NCBI GenBank assembly: GCA_963832495.1
Contig: CAWHUF010000007.1
Span: forward strand, 21,821 to 85,820
DNA: 64,000 bases
Reading direction: 5' to 3'
From: an uncultured Acidobacteriota bacterium
GTDB lineage: Bacteria; Acidobacteriota; Thermoanaerobaculia; Multivoradales; UBA5704
Made by a program: the position numbers and the translations under genes. The notes under the pieces are model-generated. The model saw only the letters and a list, made by a program, of their open reading frames with translations, searched no databases and was not told the DNA's origin. Shown piece after piece: positions 49,901 through 60,568 of this stretch. How positions within the stretch are numbered: the stretch's first letter is position 1; each line of letters opens with the position of its first letter.

Positions 49901-52900
49901 GAGGACGGCACCTTCGCCCCCAACGAGGTGACGGAGCGCATCGCCGCCATCAACAGTGGGGGCGGCCTGAAGCCGGCCTCCACCGGCGGCACGGGGGAGA
50001 CGCTCACGGCCGAGACCCTGCCCTTCTTCGGACCGGGCCCCGGCGGCCAGTGGGTGGGAGCGCAGGCCACCATCCAGCGCTGGTTCGCCGACCCCATCCG
50101 GGACGGCACCCTGCAGCAGCCCGGGGTGGACCGTACGTTGCGCACGGTCTTCACGCACGACCACTTCGGCCCCTCCACCCACCAGCAGGCGGGGCTCTAC
50201 GCCGGCCTGGTGGTCGAGCCGGAAGGCTCGAACTGGTTCTACAACGAAAGGCCGGGTGACTATCCGGCCAGTCCGTTCGGCGGCGTCGACGCCCAGGGCA
50301 GGCCACGGCCGGGACGCGTGGCGACTGGGCCGGGCGGCCTCCAGGTCCTGGACGGCGGCCCCACCACCTGGCAGGCGGTGATCGTGGCGCCCGCGCCCGA
50401 CAAGCCCGCGCCCAACACGCTCGCGAGCTTCCGCGAGTTCATGGTGGAGATGCAGGACTCGGCGCTCCTCTACCAGCCGTTCGACTCTTTCACCACGGCT
50501 CCCCCGGCGTTCCTGACGACGGGCTTCTGCTCCGACACCGGCGCCACCTGCACGCCGGCCACGGCGAGCCAGCCCGCGAGCGGTTGCGGCGTGGGGGCCG
50601 TCTGCTACGCCTACGGCTTCTGCTCCAACAGCCTGAACCAGAAGTGCACCCCGGAGACCGTCGAGAAATACGTCTGCGGGCACTGCACCAACGGCAAGTG
50701 CTCCAACAACCCCCAGCTCTCCTGCGGGAGCACGGGCTCTGCGATGGTCGCCACCTGTCCGACCAATAACGGGAAGAACCCGAGTTGCAACCTGGTGGCC
50801 GGCATCCCTGGGACGCCGATCGCCAACACCACGATTGCGCAGCCTTTGTCCTGGGGAACCACGCCGATCAACGCCCCGGGCCCGGGAACGTCCACCACGA
50901 CGCCCAACGGCACGGTCGAGCTGGTCACCCTGGGCGGCGCGACCAACAACTTCCTGTTCAACTACCGTAGCGAGCCGCTCTTCCAGCGCGTCAACTCCTC
51001 GAGCACCGCGGCCAACGCGGCCGACCTGTCGTTCGCCTACAGCTCGATCGACCGCGGCAGCGTGCGCGGGCAGTGCTCGGGTGCACTGCAGATGAGCTGT
51101 ACGGCAACTCAAGGCCAGTGCGTGGGTACGTGCGTGAATTCCAAGTGCTCGAACACAGGAACTTCCTGCAGCTCTGACTCGAACTGTAATTTTGGAACCT
51201 GCAACCTCGGCGGCTTCTGCTCTGACAACAACGCGTTCTGCACGGAGGGCGACAAGTCCCGGTGCGGATCACCGTCCACCGCCGTCTGCAAGGGCTTTCC
51301 GTACCCGCCGCTGACGCCCGGCGTCCAGCCCGGCGACCCCTTCACGCCCCTGATGCGGGCCTACGCGGGGGACGACGTGCAGGTGCGGGTGCTGACCGGC
51401 GCCCACATCAATCCCCATAACTTCTCGATCCACGGCGTCAAGTGGCTCATGGAGCCCTCGTTCGTCGATTCCGGATGGCGCAGCAGCCAGGTGATGGGGA
51501 TCTCGGAGCACTTCGAGCAGGTCTTCAAGATGCCGCCATCGTTCACGGGCGGCCCGGGTGCTCCGCAAACCGACTACCTCGTCCTCGGCGGGGCGGCCGC
51601 GATCGAGCAGGCCGGCGGCAACTGGGCCCTGATGCGAGCCTACAATTCCCAGCAGGGCGACCTCCTGAAGGTGCCCACCGACCAGGGCCTGCCGCCGGCG
51701 ATGCCGGTCTGCCCCCTGGGCTCCACGCCGAGGGGTTATAACGTGGTGGCGACCACGGTCCAGCAGGCCACGGGCGGCTCGCTGATCTACAACCAGCAGG
51801 GCAGCAGCATCATCGCCCAGGACCAGAAGGCCATCCTCTACATCAACCAGGACGACCTGGTGGCCTCGAACGGCGGCTCCCCCTGCACCAGGGCCTTCCA
51901 GACCTGCAAGCTGCCCCAAGGCGTTTCGCCGCAGCCCCTGGTGCTGCGTGCGGCGGCCGGAGACTGCATCAAGGTCACGCTCTACAACGCGATCCAGGCG
52001 TCCAATCTCGGGACCGGCTCGACCAGCCCGGTGGCGATCGCCGGTTCCTCGGCGGCCCCGGTTTCGCTCAAATCGAACACCTCGTCGGCCGTCGGCCTCC
52101 ACCCGCAACTCGTCACCTTCGACAGCGGGGTGAGCAACGGCTTCAACTCCGGGCTCAACCCGGCGCAGACCGTGGCCGCCTCCAACGGAGCGAGCACGTC
52201 CTGCACGGCCAACCCGAACTCGGGAGTCAACTGCGTCTCCTACACTTGGTATGCCGGCAACATCTCGCCCAAGGCGCCGGAGCCGTACATCCCGGTCGAG
52301 TTCGGCGCCGCGAACCTGCTGGCCTCCGACCCGATCAACCACTACCAGTACGGCCTGTTCGGCGCCCTGGTCATCGAGCCGCCGGGCGCCACCTGCCAGG
52401 GATCTCCCCTGGAGCAGTGCCGGGGCACCTCGGCCGTGATCCAGACTCCTAAGCTCACGTTCCGCGAGTTCGTCCTCGCTTTCCAGGACGGCCTGCCGGC
52501 TCTGTGGCAGCTCCCCTCGACCACGGTGGGCGCCCCGACCCTGGGCGGTGGCAACATGGAGGCGGTCAACTACAAGACGGAGATGCTGGCGCTTTCGATT
52601 CCAACCCCCACGCTCCTGCGGAAGTGCGCCAACACCACCGACCTTTCCTGCGTGCTTTCGACGGCGGCGCAGTGCTGCACGCAACTGGTCAGCGGGAGCA
52701 ATCCGGCCCGGCCGACCTGCCCGAGCACGAACTACGCCACCTGCGCGCCGCTCCAGACGCCGACCTTCCAGGCCTGCGCCGGCGAGGAGGTCCGCTTCCG
52801 CGTCCTGCATCCGGGCGGCATCAACACCAACCAGGTGTTCGAGCTCTTCGGCCACACCTTCTCGGAGGCGCCGTACATGAGCCAGGGCCTGGGCTGCCTG

Positions 52901-53275
52901 ACGCCGACCACCCACACCAACCTCTACTCTTCGTTGACGATCGGGATCTTCAACGAGTGCGCCACGAGGGCGAACAACCCGGCCACGATGGCTCTGTCAA
53001 AGGCAGTCCTCGACCGGCTCCAGCTCAACTACTCCAACCGCGGCACCAGCGACGAGTCTCTCAACGAGTGGCAGGGCTCGCACATGGGGCACGGTCCGCA
53101 GAACCACTGGGACGTGCTGATCCCGTCGGCCGGCGGGGCCAACAGGACGCCGGGCAACTACCTCTACCGGAGCTATTCGGGGGCCCACTTCCGTCTCGGC
53201 CCCTGGGGGATCTTCCAGGTCCTGAGCTCCACGGACGCGCAAGCGAAAGGCCTGACGTGCGCCGTTCAGAATTGA
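46989..53275 (+). CDS. Giant secreted multicopper oxidase, MnxG-like, with Cys-rich insertions (several frameshifts at about 48500-49750)
   Basis: RPRPLALRVNRGQCL, HHLHHQHAHQW, GDSIFHCHFYPHFAGGMW, QHIHLVKFDVTSSDG, THDHFGPSTHQQAGLYAGLVVEP, PHNFSIHG. Confidence 0.8.
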
Positions 53276-55189
53276 AGCTCGCCGTTCCGGCGCTCCTCGG
53301 CGCTCTCCTCTCGGGGAGCGCCGGGGCGGTGCGGGGGGACACCCCCTCCCGGGTGGTGGAGCAGGGGATCGCCATCGAGGCTCACGGTGGAGCCCGTGTC
53401 CAGGGGACCGGTGAAGCGGACCGAGGTGCGGGAGGGGGATGACGCGGCGGTCCGGTTCAGGATCACCGACACGGCCACGGGGAGCCCGCTCTCGGGTGTG
53501 GCTCCCGCCGGCTGGATGGAGATCCTGGCCGACGGCGCCCTGACCGATCCCGGGGAGTGCACCCGCCAGGTCGAGAAGTTCCTCGGCGGCGACCTGTTCT
53601 CCAGGCCGGACGTCGATCTCAACACCTACTTCGTGCTGGCGCTCAACGACGACGCCTCGATCACCGTGGTCGATCCCCTGTTCGGGTTCGGAGGGACCAA
53701 GCTCCTGGCCATGGTCAAGCTCCGCAGCCCCGGAGAGGACTGGGTGCTGAGCGCCGACAAGAGCCGCCTGTTCGTCTCCCAGCCGGAGGCCGGCCGGCTG
53801 GCCGTGATCGACACGGCCTCCTGGCAGATCCTCGCCGATCTCGAGGTGGGTCCGCGTCCGGAGCGCCTGGCCCTGCAGCCGGATGGGGCCTATCTCTGGG
53901 TGGCTCTCCAGGACGCCATGGTGGCCGTCGACGTCCGGAATCCGAAGACCCCGCGGATCGCCGCGCGGATCCCGGTCCCGGCCGGGCGGCACGACCTCGC
54001 GCTCTCGGAGGACAGCCGGTTCGTCTTCGTCGCCAACCTCGACGCCCGCTCGGTCTCGGTGATCGACGTGGTGAAGCTCGCCGGGGCCGGGGACGTCGAT
54101 CTCGGCGCGGCGCCCGTCTCCATCGCCTACTCCTCCCTGGCCCGGTCGGCCTACGCCAGCAGCGAGACGGGCACCCTCACGGCCGTCTCCCTGTCCAAGG
54201 GGAAGCCGCGGATCGCGGCCCGGTTCCAGGCGGAGCCCGGGCTCGGGCAGGTCCGGTTCGCCCCCCGCGGCGGGCTGGGCTTCGCCGTCAATCCACAGAA
54301 GGACCGGGTCCACATCTTCGACGCCGCCCGCAACCGGGTGGTCCAGACGGCGTGCGTCCAGGATGGGCCCGACCAGGTCACCTTCTCCGACCACCTCGCC
54401 TACATCCGGCACCGTGGCAGCGAGGTCGTGATGATGATCCCCCTGGAGCAACTCGGCCGGGAAGGCGGCACGGTGCCCGTCGTCGATTTCCCCGGCGGCC
54501 AGCATCCTCTCGGCCGGTGGACCCGCTCCAGCCCCGCGGACTCCATCGTGCGCGCGCCGGGAGCCACCGCCGTGCTGGTGGCCAACCCCGCGGACAAGGC
54601 CATCTTCTACTACAAGGAGGGGATGGCGGCGCCCATGGGGAGCTTCCAGAACTACAGCCGGGAGCCGCGGGCCGTGCTGGTGGTGGACCGCAGCCTCAAG
54701 GAGCGGCAGCCGGGGACGTACTCCACCGTGGCGCGGCTGTCGCAGCCGGGCCGCTACCGGGTCGCCGTCTTCCTCGACTCGCCGCGCACGATGCGCTGCT
54801 TCGAGGTCGCGGTGGCCCCCGACCCCGAGCTGGCGGAGAAGCGCCTCCAGGAAGCGCCGGTGCACGTGGAGCACCTCACCGACCTCTCCGTTCCTGCGGT
54901 GGCGGGACGCCCCCTCCGCCTGCGGTTCCGGCTGACCGATCCGCGCACGGGAGCCCCGGCGGAGGGGCTGGAGGACGTCAGCGCGCTGGCCGTCCTCTCG
55001 CCCGGGATGTGGCACAAGACGCTCCCGGCCCGTGCCGCCGGCAACGGCATCTACGAGACCGACCTGGTGCCGCCGGCCGGAGGGGCCTACCTCGTCTCGG
55101 TGGAATGCCTCTCCCAGAAGCTGCCCGCGAACCGTTCGCCGCAGCTGCCCCTGAACGTTTCGGAACCCGGAGCAGCCCTGAGCCCCTGA
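53272..55189 (+). CDS. YncE/cytochrome-d1-like beta-propeller protein with C-terminal YtkA-like Ig domain (frameshift near 53385)
   Basis: TTG overlapping the oxidase stop; signal peptide LKLAVPALLGALL; repeated blades (LFVSQPEAGRLAVID, VFVANLDARSVSVID); YYKEGMAAPMG. Confidence 0.75.
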
Positions 55190-55888
55190 ATGACCCCTGG
55201 TTCAGCTCGCGCCGCCTACGACGCCCTCGCCCCGGAGTACGACGCCGCCGTCGCGCCGTCCTCCTGGGTGAGGGAGCGCCTCTGGGAGCGGCTGGACACC
55301 CTGTTTCCCCCGGGCGCGCGGGTCCTGGACGTCACGGCGGGCACGGGCCTCGACGTCCGCCATCTCGTGGAACGGGGAGTCCACGTGACCGCCTGCGACG
55401 TCTCCCCGGGGATGCTGGCCTGCCTGTCCGTGAAATCCCCGTCCGTGCCCGTCTTCGTGGCGGATCTCGAACGCCTGGAGGAAGCGGACCCCGGCGGTCC
55501 CTTTGACGGACTGATCTCCACCTTCGCGGGGCTCAACGCCGCAACGGACCTCGGCGGCTTCGCCCGTGCCGCGGCCCGGCTGGTGCGGCCCGGGGGCGTC
55601 TTGTTCCTTCACGTCCTCAACCCGCGCCGGAAGGGCAAGGCCCTGACGGTGAGGATCGCCGGGGTCGAGGTGCCTCACCGTCTCTGGAGCCCTCGCGAGC
55701 TGGCGCGTTTTTTCTCTCCCGATTTTTCGGTCTCCCGGCTGGCCGGACAAGGTATCCTTCGTCCGGTGGCCGATCCTGGACAAGACAACTCTGGACAATC
55801 CCTGGATCGCTGGGAGCGGGCCGTCTCGGCTCTGCCCGTTTTCCGGATCCTGGGGACCTTCTTCGCACTGGAGCTTATTCGGAGATGA
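55190..55888 (+). CDS. Class I SAM-dependent methyltransferase
   Basis: RVLDVTAGTG, DVSPGML, FDGLISTFAGLN. Confidence 0.85.
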   Translation: MTPGSARAAYDALAPEYDAAVAPSSWVRERLWERLDTLFPPGARVLDVTAGTGLDVRHLVERGVHVTACDVSPGMLACLSVKSPSVPVFVADLERLEEADPGGPFDGLISTFAGLNAATDLGGFARAAARLVRPGGVLFLHVLNPRRKGKALTVRIAGVEVPHRLWSPRELARFFSPDFSVSRLAGQGILRPVADPGQDNSGQSLDRWERAVSALPVFRILGTFFALELIRR

Positions 55889-55897
55889 ATCGCCGCC

Positions 55898-57367
55898 ATG
55901 GCTGACGTCCTGCTGGCCCACTCGTTCTTCCTCCGGAACGACCCCAAGCAGGTCGAGAAGATGCGGCCCTACGCGCCGCTCGCGACCCTCTACGCCGCCT
56001 CCCATCTGCGGGCGGACGGCTGGGACGTGGCCCTCTTCGACGCCATGCTTGCCGGGGGCGAGGAGGAGTTCGCCGCGGCCCTGGAGCGCCACCGGCCCCG
56101 CTTCGTCGCCTTCTACGAGGACAGCTTCAACTTCCTCTCCAAGATGTGCCTGGAGCATGCGCGCGAGGCCGCCTGCCGCATGAGCCGCCGCGCCCGCGAG
56201 GCCGGGGCCGTGGTCATCGCCGCCGGCTCCGACGTGACGGACCACCCCGGCCCGTATTTCGAGAGCGGCGTCCAGTACGGCATAGCGGGCGAGGCCGACC
56301 ACACCCTGCGCGAGCTGCTCGGCGCGCTGGAAGGAAAGGGAAAGGCCGAGGAGGTGGCCGGTCTGATCTCCCCAGACGGCCGGCGTACCCCCGCGCGCGA
56401 GCCCGAGCGGCACCCCGACGTCTTCCCGTTCCCCGCCTGGGACCTGCTGGACGTCGAGCGCTACCGCGCCGCGTGGAAGGCGGCCCACGGCTTCTACAGC
56501 GTCAACCTGGTCACCACCCGCGGCTGCCCGTTCCACTGCAACTGGTGCGCGAAGCCCATCTGGGGACGGCGCTACGCCATGCGCTCGCCCGCCAACGTGG
56601 CCGAGGAGATGGCCCTGGTCAAGCGCACCCTGGCTCCGGACCACGTCTGGTTCGCGGACGACATCTTCGGCCTGCAGCCCAAGTGGGTGGCCGAGCTGGC
56701 CCGCGAGGTGGAGGAGCGGGACGCCGTGATCCCCTTCACCATCCAGTCCCGGGCCGACCTGATGACGCCCGTGGCCGTTGCCGGGCTCGCCCGCGCCGGC
56801 TGCTCCGAGGTCTGGCTGGGCGCCGAGAGCGGCAGCCAGAAGATCCTCGACGCCATGGACAAGGGCACCCGGGTCGAGCAGATCGTGGAGGCCACGCGCC
56901 GCCTCCAGGCCGCCGGCATCCGAGCCTGCTGGTTCCTCCAGTTCGGCTACCCGGGCGAGACCTGGGAAGACGTCTCCGCCACCGTCTCCCTCGTGCGCGA
57001 GGTCCTGCCGGACGACGTCGGCGTCAGCGTCTCCTATCCGCTGCCGGGCACCCGCTTCTTCGACATGGTCCAGGCCGAACTGGGCGAGAAGACCCACTGG
57101 CAGCACAGCAACGACCTCGCCATGATGTTCCAGGGCACCTATCAGACCCCCTTCTACCGCAAGCTCCGGCAGGTCGTGCATGCCGATCTCGATCTGCGTC
57201 TGAAGATTCGAAAGGGAGAGGCTTGTACCCTGGAGCTGGGCTGCCTGGAGGCGGACTGGCGCGAGCTGGAACGGCTCGAACGGACCTGCCGCAGCGCCGC
57301 CCCCACCGCCGTGCACAAGCCCTACGAGTCCCTCCCGGAGCCCGACCTCTCGCGGCCCTGGAACTGA
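55898..57367 (+). CDS. B12-binding radical SAM protein
   Basis: N-terminal cobalamin-type domain (PLATLYAAS, GEAD); TRGCPFHCNWC; FADD; GAESGSQ; FGYPGE; YPLPGT. Confidence 0.9.
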   Translation: MADVLLAHSFFLRNDPKQVEKMRPYAPLATLYAASHLRADGWDVALFDAMLAGGEEEFAAALERHRPRFVAFYEDSFNFLSKMCLEHAREAACRMSRRAREAGAVVIAAGSDVTDHPGPYFESGVQYGIAGEADHTLRELLGALEGKGKAEEVAGLISPDGRRTPAREPERHPDVFPFPAWDLLDVERYRAAWKAAHGFYSVNLVTTRGCPFHCNWCAKPIWGRRYAMRSPANVAEEMALVKRTLAPDHVWFADDIFGLQPKWVAELAREVEERDAVIPFTIQSRADLMTPVAVAGLARAGCSEVWLGAESGSQKILDAMDKGTRVEQIVEATRRLQAAGIRACWFLQFGYPGETWEDVSATVSLVREVLPDDVGVSVSYPLPGTRFFDMVQAELGEKTHWQHSNDLAMMFQGTYQTPFYRKLRQVVHADLDLRLKIRKGEACTLELGCLEADWRELERLERTCRSAAPTAVHKPYESLPEPDLSRPWN

Positions 57368-57376
57368 GGGTTTGCC

Positions 57377-58767
57377 ATGGCCGACCTCCTGCTCACCCAC
57401 GGCTACTTCCTCGACGAGGACGAGAAGGAGCGGGAGATCATGAAGCCCTATCCCACCCTGGGGCTGCTCTACATCTCCTCCTATCTGCGGGAGAAGGGCT
57501 TCGCGGTGGAGCTCTTCGACACCACCTTCGCCCGCCGCGAGGAGCTGCTGGCGCGCTTCGCCGCTGAGCCCGGGGGCGTCGTGGGCTTCTACACCAACCT
57601 GATGACCCGCCGGCCCGTGCTCGACCTCGTGGCCGCCGCGAAGGCCCATGGCTGGACGGTGGTGCTGGGCGGCCCCGAGTCCGCCAACTATCCGGACGAG
57701 TACCTCGCCCGCGGCGCGGACGTGATCGTGGCGGGGGAGGGCGAGGAGACCCTGGCCGAGCTGCTGCCGGCCCTGGCCGCGCGCGGCCCCCACCGGCTCC
57801 AGGGGATCGCCGGCACCGTGTTTCGCGACGAGGCGGGCGCCGTGGTCCACAACCCGGAACGGGCCCAGATCGCGGACCTCGACGCCCTGCCCTGGCCCGA
57901 CCGGGAGCGGATCGACCAGCAGCGCTACGTGGACGTCTGGCGGACCCACCACGGCATGGGGAGCGTCAACCTGATCACCGCCCGCGGCTGCCCCTACAAG
58001 TGCCGCTGGTGCTCCCACGCCGTCTTCGGCTTCAGCCACCGGCGGCGCAGCGTCCTCAACGTGGCGGACGAGCTGGAGCACATCCGCGACCGCTGGCGTC
58101 CCGATCAGGTCTGGTACGCGGACGACGTCTTCACCATCAACCACCGCTGGCTTTTCGAGTACTCGGCGGAGCTGAGCCGCGGGGCCTGCGCCTGCCTTTC
58201 GAAACCATTTCCCGGGCCGACCGCATGATGCGCGAGGAGGTGCTGGAGACCCTGGCGCGCATGGGCTGCTACCGCATCTGGATCGGCTCGGAGAGCGGCA
58301 GCCAGCGCATCCTCGACGCCATGGAGCGCGGGGTCACGGCCGAGCAGGTCCAGTGGGCCACCCGGGCGGCCCAGCGCCACGGCATCCAGGTGGGCATGTT
58401 CCTCATGTGGGGCTACGAGGGCGAGACCCTGGAGGACATGGAGGCGACCGTCGAGCACGTCAAGAAGGCCAACCCGGACGTCTTCTTCACCACCGTCGCC
58501 TATCCGATCAAGAACACCGGCTTCTAGGACGACGCGGCCGGCCGCGTGGTGGCGCCGAAGGCCTGGGACGAGGCGACCGACCGCGATTACCTCCTCCGCG
58601 GCCGCCACTCCCGCGACTATTACAAGCAGGCGGACCGCTGGCTGAGGAGCGAGGTCGCGGCGTTCCGGTTGGAAGGCGAGGATCCGGAGACCGCGGCGGC
58701 GAAACGGGCCGAGGCCCTGGCCGCCCGCGAGGCGATGATGGCGATGGCGGGGGAGGTGGAGGCGTGA
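57377..58767 (+). CDS. B12-binding radical SAM protein (frameshift near 58180 and in-frame TAG at 58525)
   Basis: PTLGLLYISS, VLGGP, GEGE, RGCPYKCRWC; continues GSESGSQ..WGYEGE..YPIKNT in ORF 58000, then in frame into ORF 58546. Confidence 0.8.
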
Positions 58768-59531
58768 AGACCAGTTTCGATACCCTCGCCGCCGACTACG
58801 ACGCCCGTTTCACCGGCACGCCCCTCGGCATCTATCTCCGCCAGGCCGTCTACCGCCGCCTCGATGCCCGTTTCGCACTTGGCCATCGTGTCCTGGAGCT
58901 GGGCTGCGGCACAGGGGAGGACGCCGTCCACCTGGGACGGAGGGGAGTACGTGTCCTGGCGACCGATGCTTCTCCGAGGATGGTGGAGCAGGCGCGGGCC
59001 AAGATCGTGACCGAGGGGCTCGCCGGGACGGTCGAGGTCCGGCGGCTCGCCATCGAGGACCTGGGCACCCTTTCCGGCTCTTTCGATGGGGCCTTCTCCA
59101 ACTTCGGCGGCCTCAACTGCGTGGCGGACCTCCGGCTCGCGGCCGCTTTCCTCTCGGACCTCCTGAAGCCCGGCGCGCCTCTCCTGCTCTGTGTCATGGG
59201 ACCTCTGGTGCCCTGGGAGTGGGCCGGGTTCCTGCTCCGGGGGAAGCCCGGCGAAGCCTTCCGCCGTCTGCGGCGGGACGGTGTTGCCTGGCGGGGGATC
59301 ACCGTCCGCTATCCCTCGATCGGCGCACTGCGAGATACCTTCGCCGCCGGTTTCCGGCCCCTCCGCGTCAGCGCCGTGGGGGTTCTCCTGCCACCCACCG
59401 AATGGGAGCCCTGGACGAAGCGGCACCCCCGGCTTCTCGCCACGCTGGCCCACTGGGAGCAGCGGTTGGAGACCGTGCCGCCCCTGCCCTGGCTTGCCGA
59501 TCACTACCTCCTGGAGCTGGAGCGGCGGTGA
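58764..59531 (+). CDS. Class I SAM-dependent methyltransferase
   Basis: GTG start overlapping the upstream TGA; VLELGCGTGED, FDGAFSNFGGLNC. Confidence 0.88.
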   Translation: MKTSFDTLAADYDARFTGTPLGIYLRQAVYRRLDARFALGHRVLELGCGTGEDAVHLGRRGVRVLATDASPRMVEQARAKIVTEGLAGTVEVRRLAIEDLGTLSGSFDGAFSNFGGLNCVADLRLAAAFLSDLLKPGAPLLLCVMGPLVPWEWAGFLLRGKPGEAFRRLRRDGVAWRGITVRYPSIGALRDTFAAGFRPLRVSAVGVLLPPTEWEPWTKRHPRLLATLAHWEQRLETVPPLPWLADHYLLELERR

Positions 59532-60568
59532 CCGTCCTGGTGCCCCGGCCGCGGCCTGATACAAGCCGCGAAGCCGTTCTGCCTCGGCTCGACCCGGTCA
59601 CGCGGCTGCCCATCCTCATCCTCTATCCCCATAGCCGCTGCAACTGCCGCTGCCTGATGTGCGACATCTGGCGCGACCGGAACCGGCAGGAGATCTCCGC
59701 CGCGGACGTGGCCGGCTGGCTCGCCGAGTGGCGCTCCCTGGGCGTCCAGCGCGTAGTGCTCTCGGGAGGCGAGGCCCTGCTGCATTCGCACCTCTGGGAC
59801 CTCTGCGCCTTGCTCCGCGAGGCGGGGATCGGGATCACGGTCCTGACCACGGGCCTGCTCCTCGCCCGGGACGCGGCCCGTCTCGCCCTCTACTGCGACG
59901 ACGTCATCGTCTCCCTGGACGGCCCCCGCGAGGTCCACGACCGCGTCCGCGACGTACCCCGCGCCTTCGACCGCCTGGCCGAGGGGGTCGCGGCCCTGCA
60001 CGCTGCTAGCCCTGGTATTACGATCTCGGGCCGCTGCACCGTCCAACGGGAGAACTATCGCGAGCTGAGAGCCACGGTGGCCGCCGCCCGCGAGCTGGGT
60101 CTCGACCGTCTGAGCTTCCTCGCCGCGGACGTGACCAGCGAGGCTTTCAACCGACCCGGCGGTTGGGATTCCGATCGCGTTTCCGAAGTCGCCTTGCGCC
60201 GCGAGGATCTGCCGGTCCTGGCCGCCGAGCTGGACGCCTTGGACTGTTCAGACGGCTTCGTCGCCGAGACTCCTGAGAAGCTCCGCCAGCGTCTCCTCCA
60301 GCATTTCTCCGCCCTGCTGGGAGAGGGCGACTTCGCGCCTGTGGCATGCAATGCCCCCTGGGTCTCCGCCGTGGTGGAGGCGGACGGCACCGTGCGCCCC
60401 TGCTTCTTCCAGCCGCCCCTGGGCAACCTCCGGCAGGCAGGGAGCCTGGACGCCCTCCTCAACTCTCCGGAATCCATCGCCTGGCGCCAGGGGCTCGACA
60501 CCCGCCGGGACGAGGTCTGCCGCCGCTGCGTCTGCTCGCTGTCGCTGCGGGAGGGAGACGCGCCATGA
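59528..60568 (+). CDS. Radical SAM protein with SPASM/twitch domain
   Basis: RCNCRCLMC, LSGGEAL, VSLDG..HDRVR; C-terminal CNAPW..GTVRPCF..CRRCVC. Confidence 0.88.
   Translation: MTVLVPRPRPDTSREAVLPRLDPVTRLPILILYPHSRCNCRCLMCDIWRDRNRQEISAADVAGWLAEWRSLGVQRVVLSGGEALLHSHLWDLCALLREAGIGITVLTTGLLLARDAARLALYCDDVIVSLDGPREVHDRVRDVPRAFDRLAEGVAALHAASPGITISGRCTVQRENYRELRATVAAARELGLDRLSFLAADVTSEAFNRPGGWDSDRVSEVALRREDLPVLAAELDALDCSDGFVAETPEKLRQRLLQHFSALLGEGDFAPVACNAPWVSAVVEADGTVRPCFFQPPLGNLRQAGSLDALLNSPESIAWRQGLDTRRDEVCRRCVCSLSLREGDAP

Noticed and set aside
55202-58144. 980-aa minus-strand ORF and similar long antisense ORFs (8177-9769, 38107-40032, 46698-48566, 52997-55015)
   Set aside because: Shadow ORFs of high-GC genes with clear motifs on the opposite strand.
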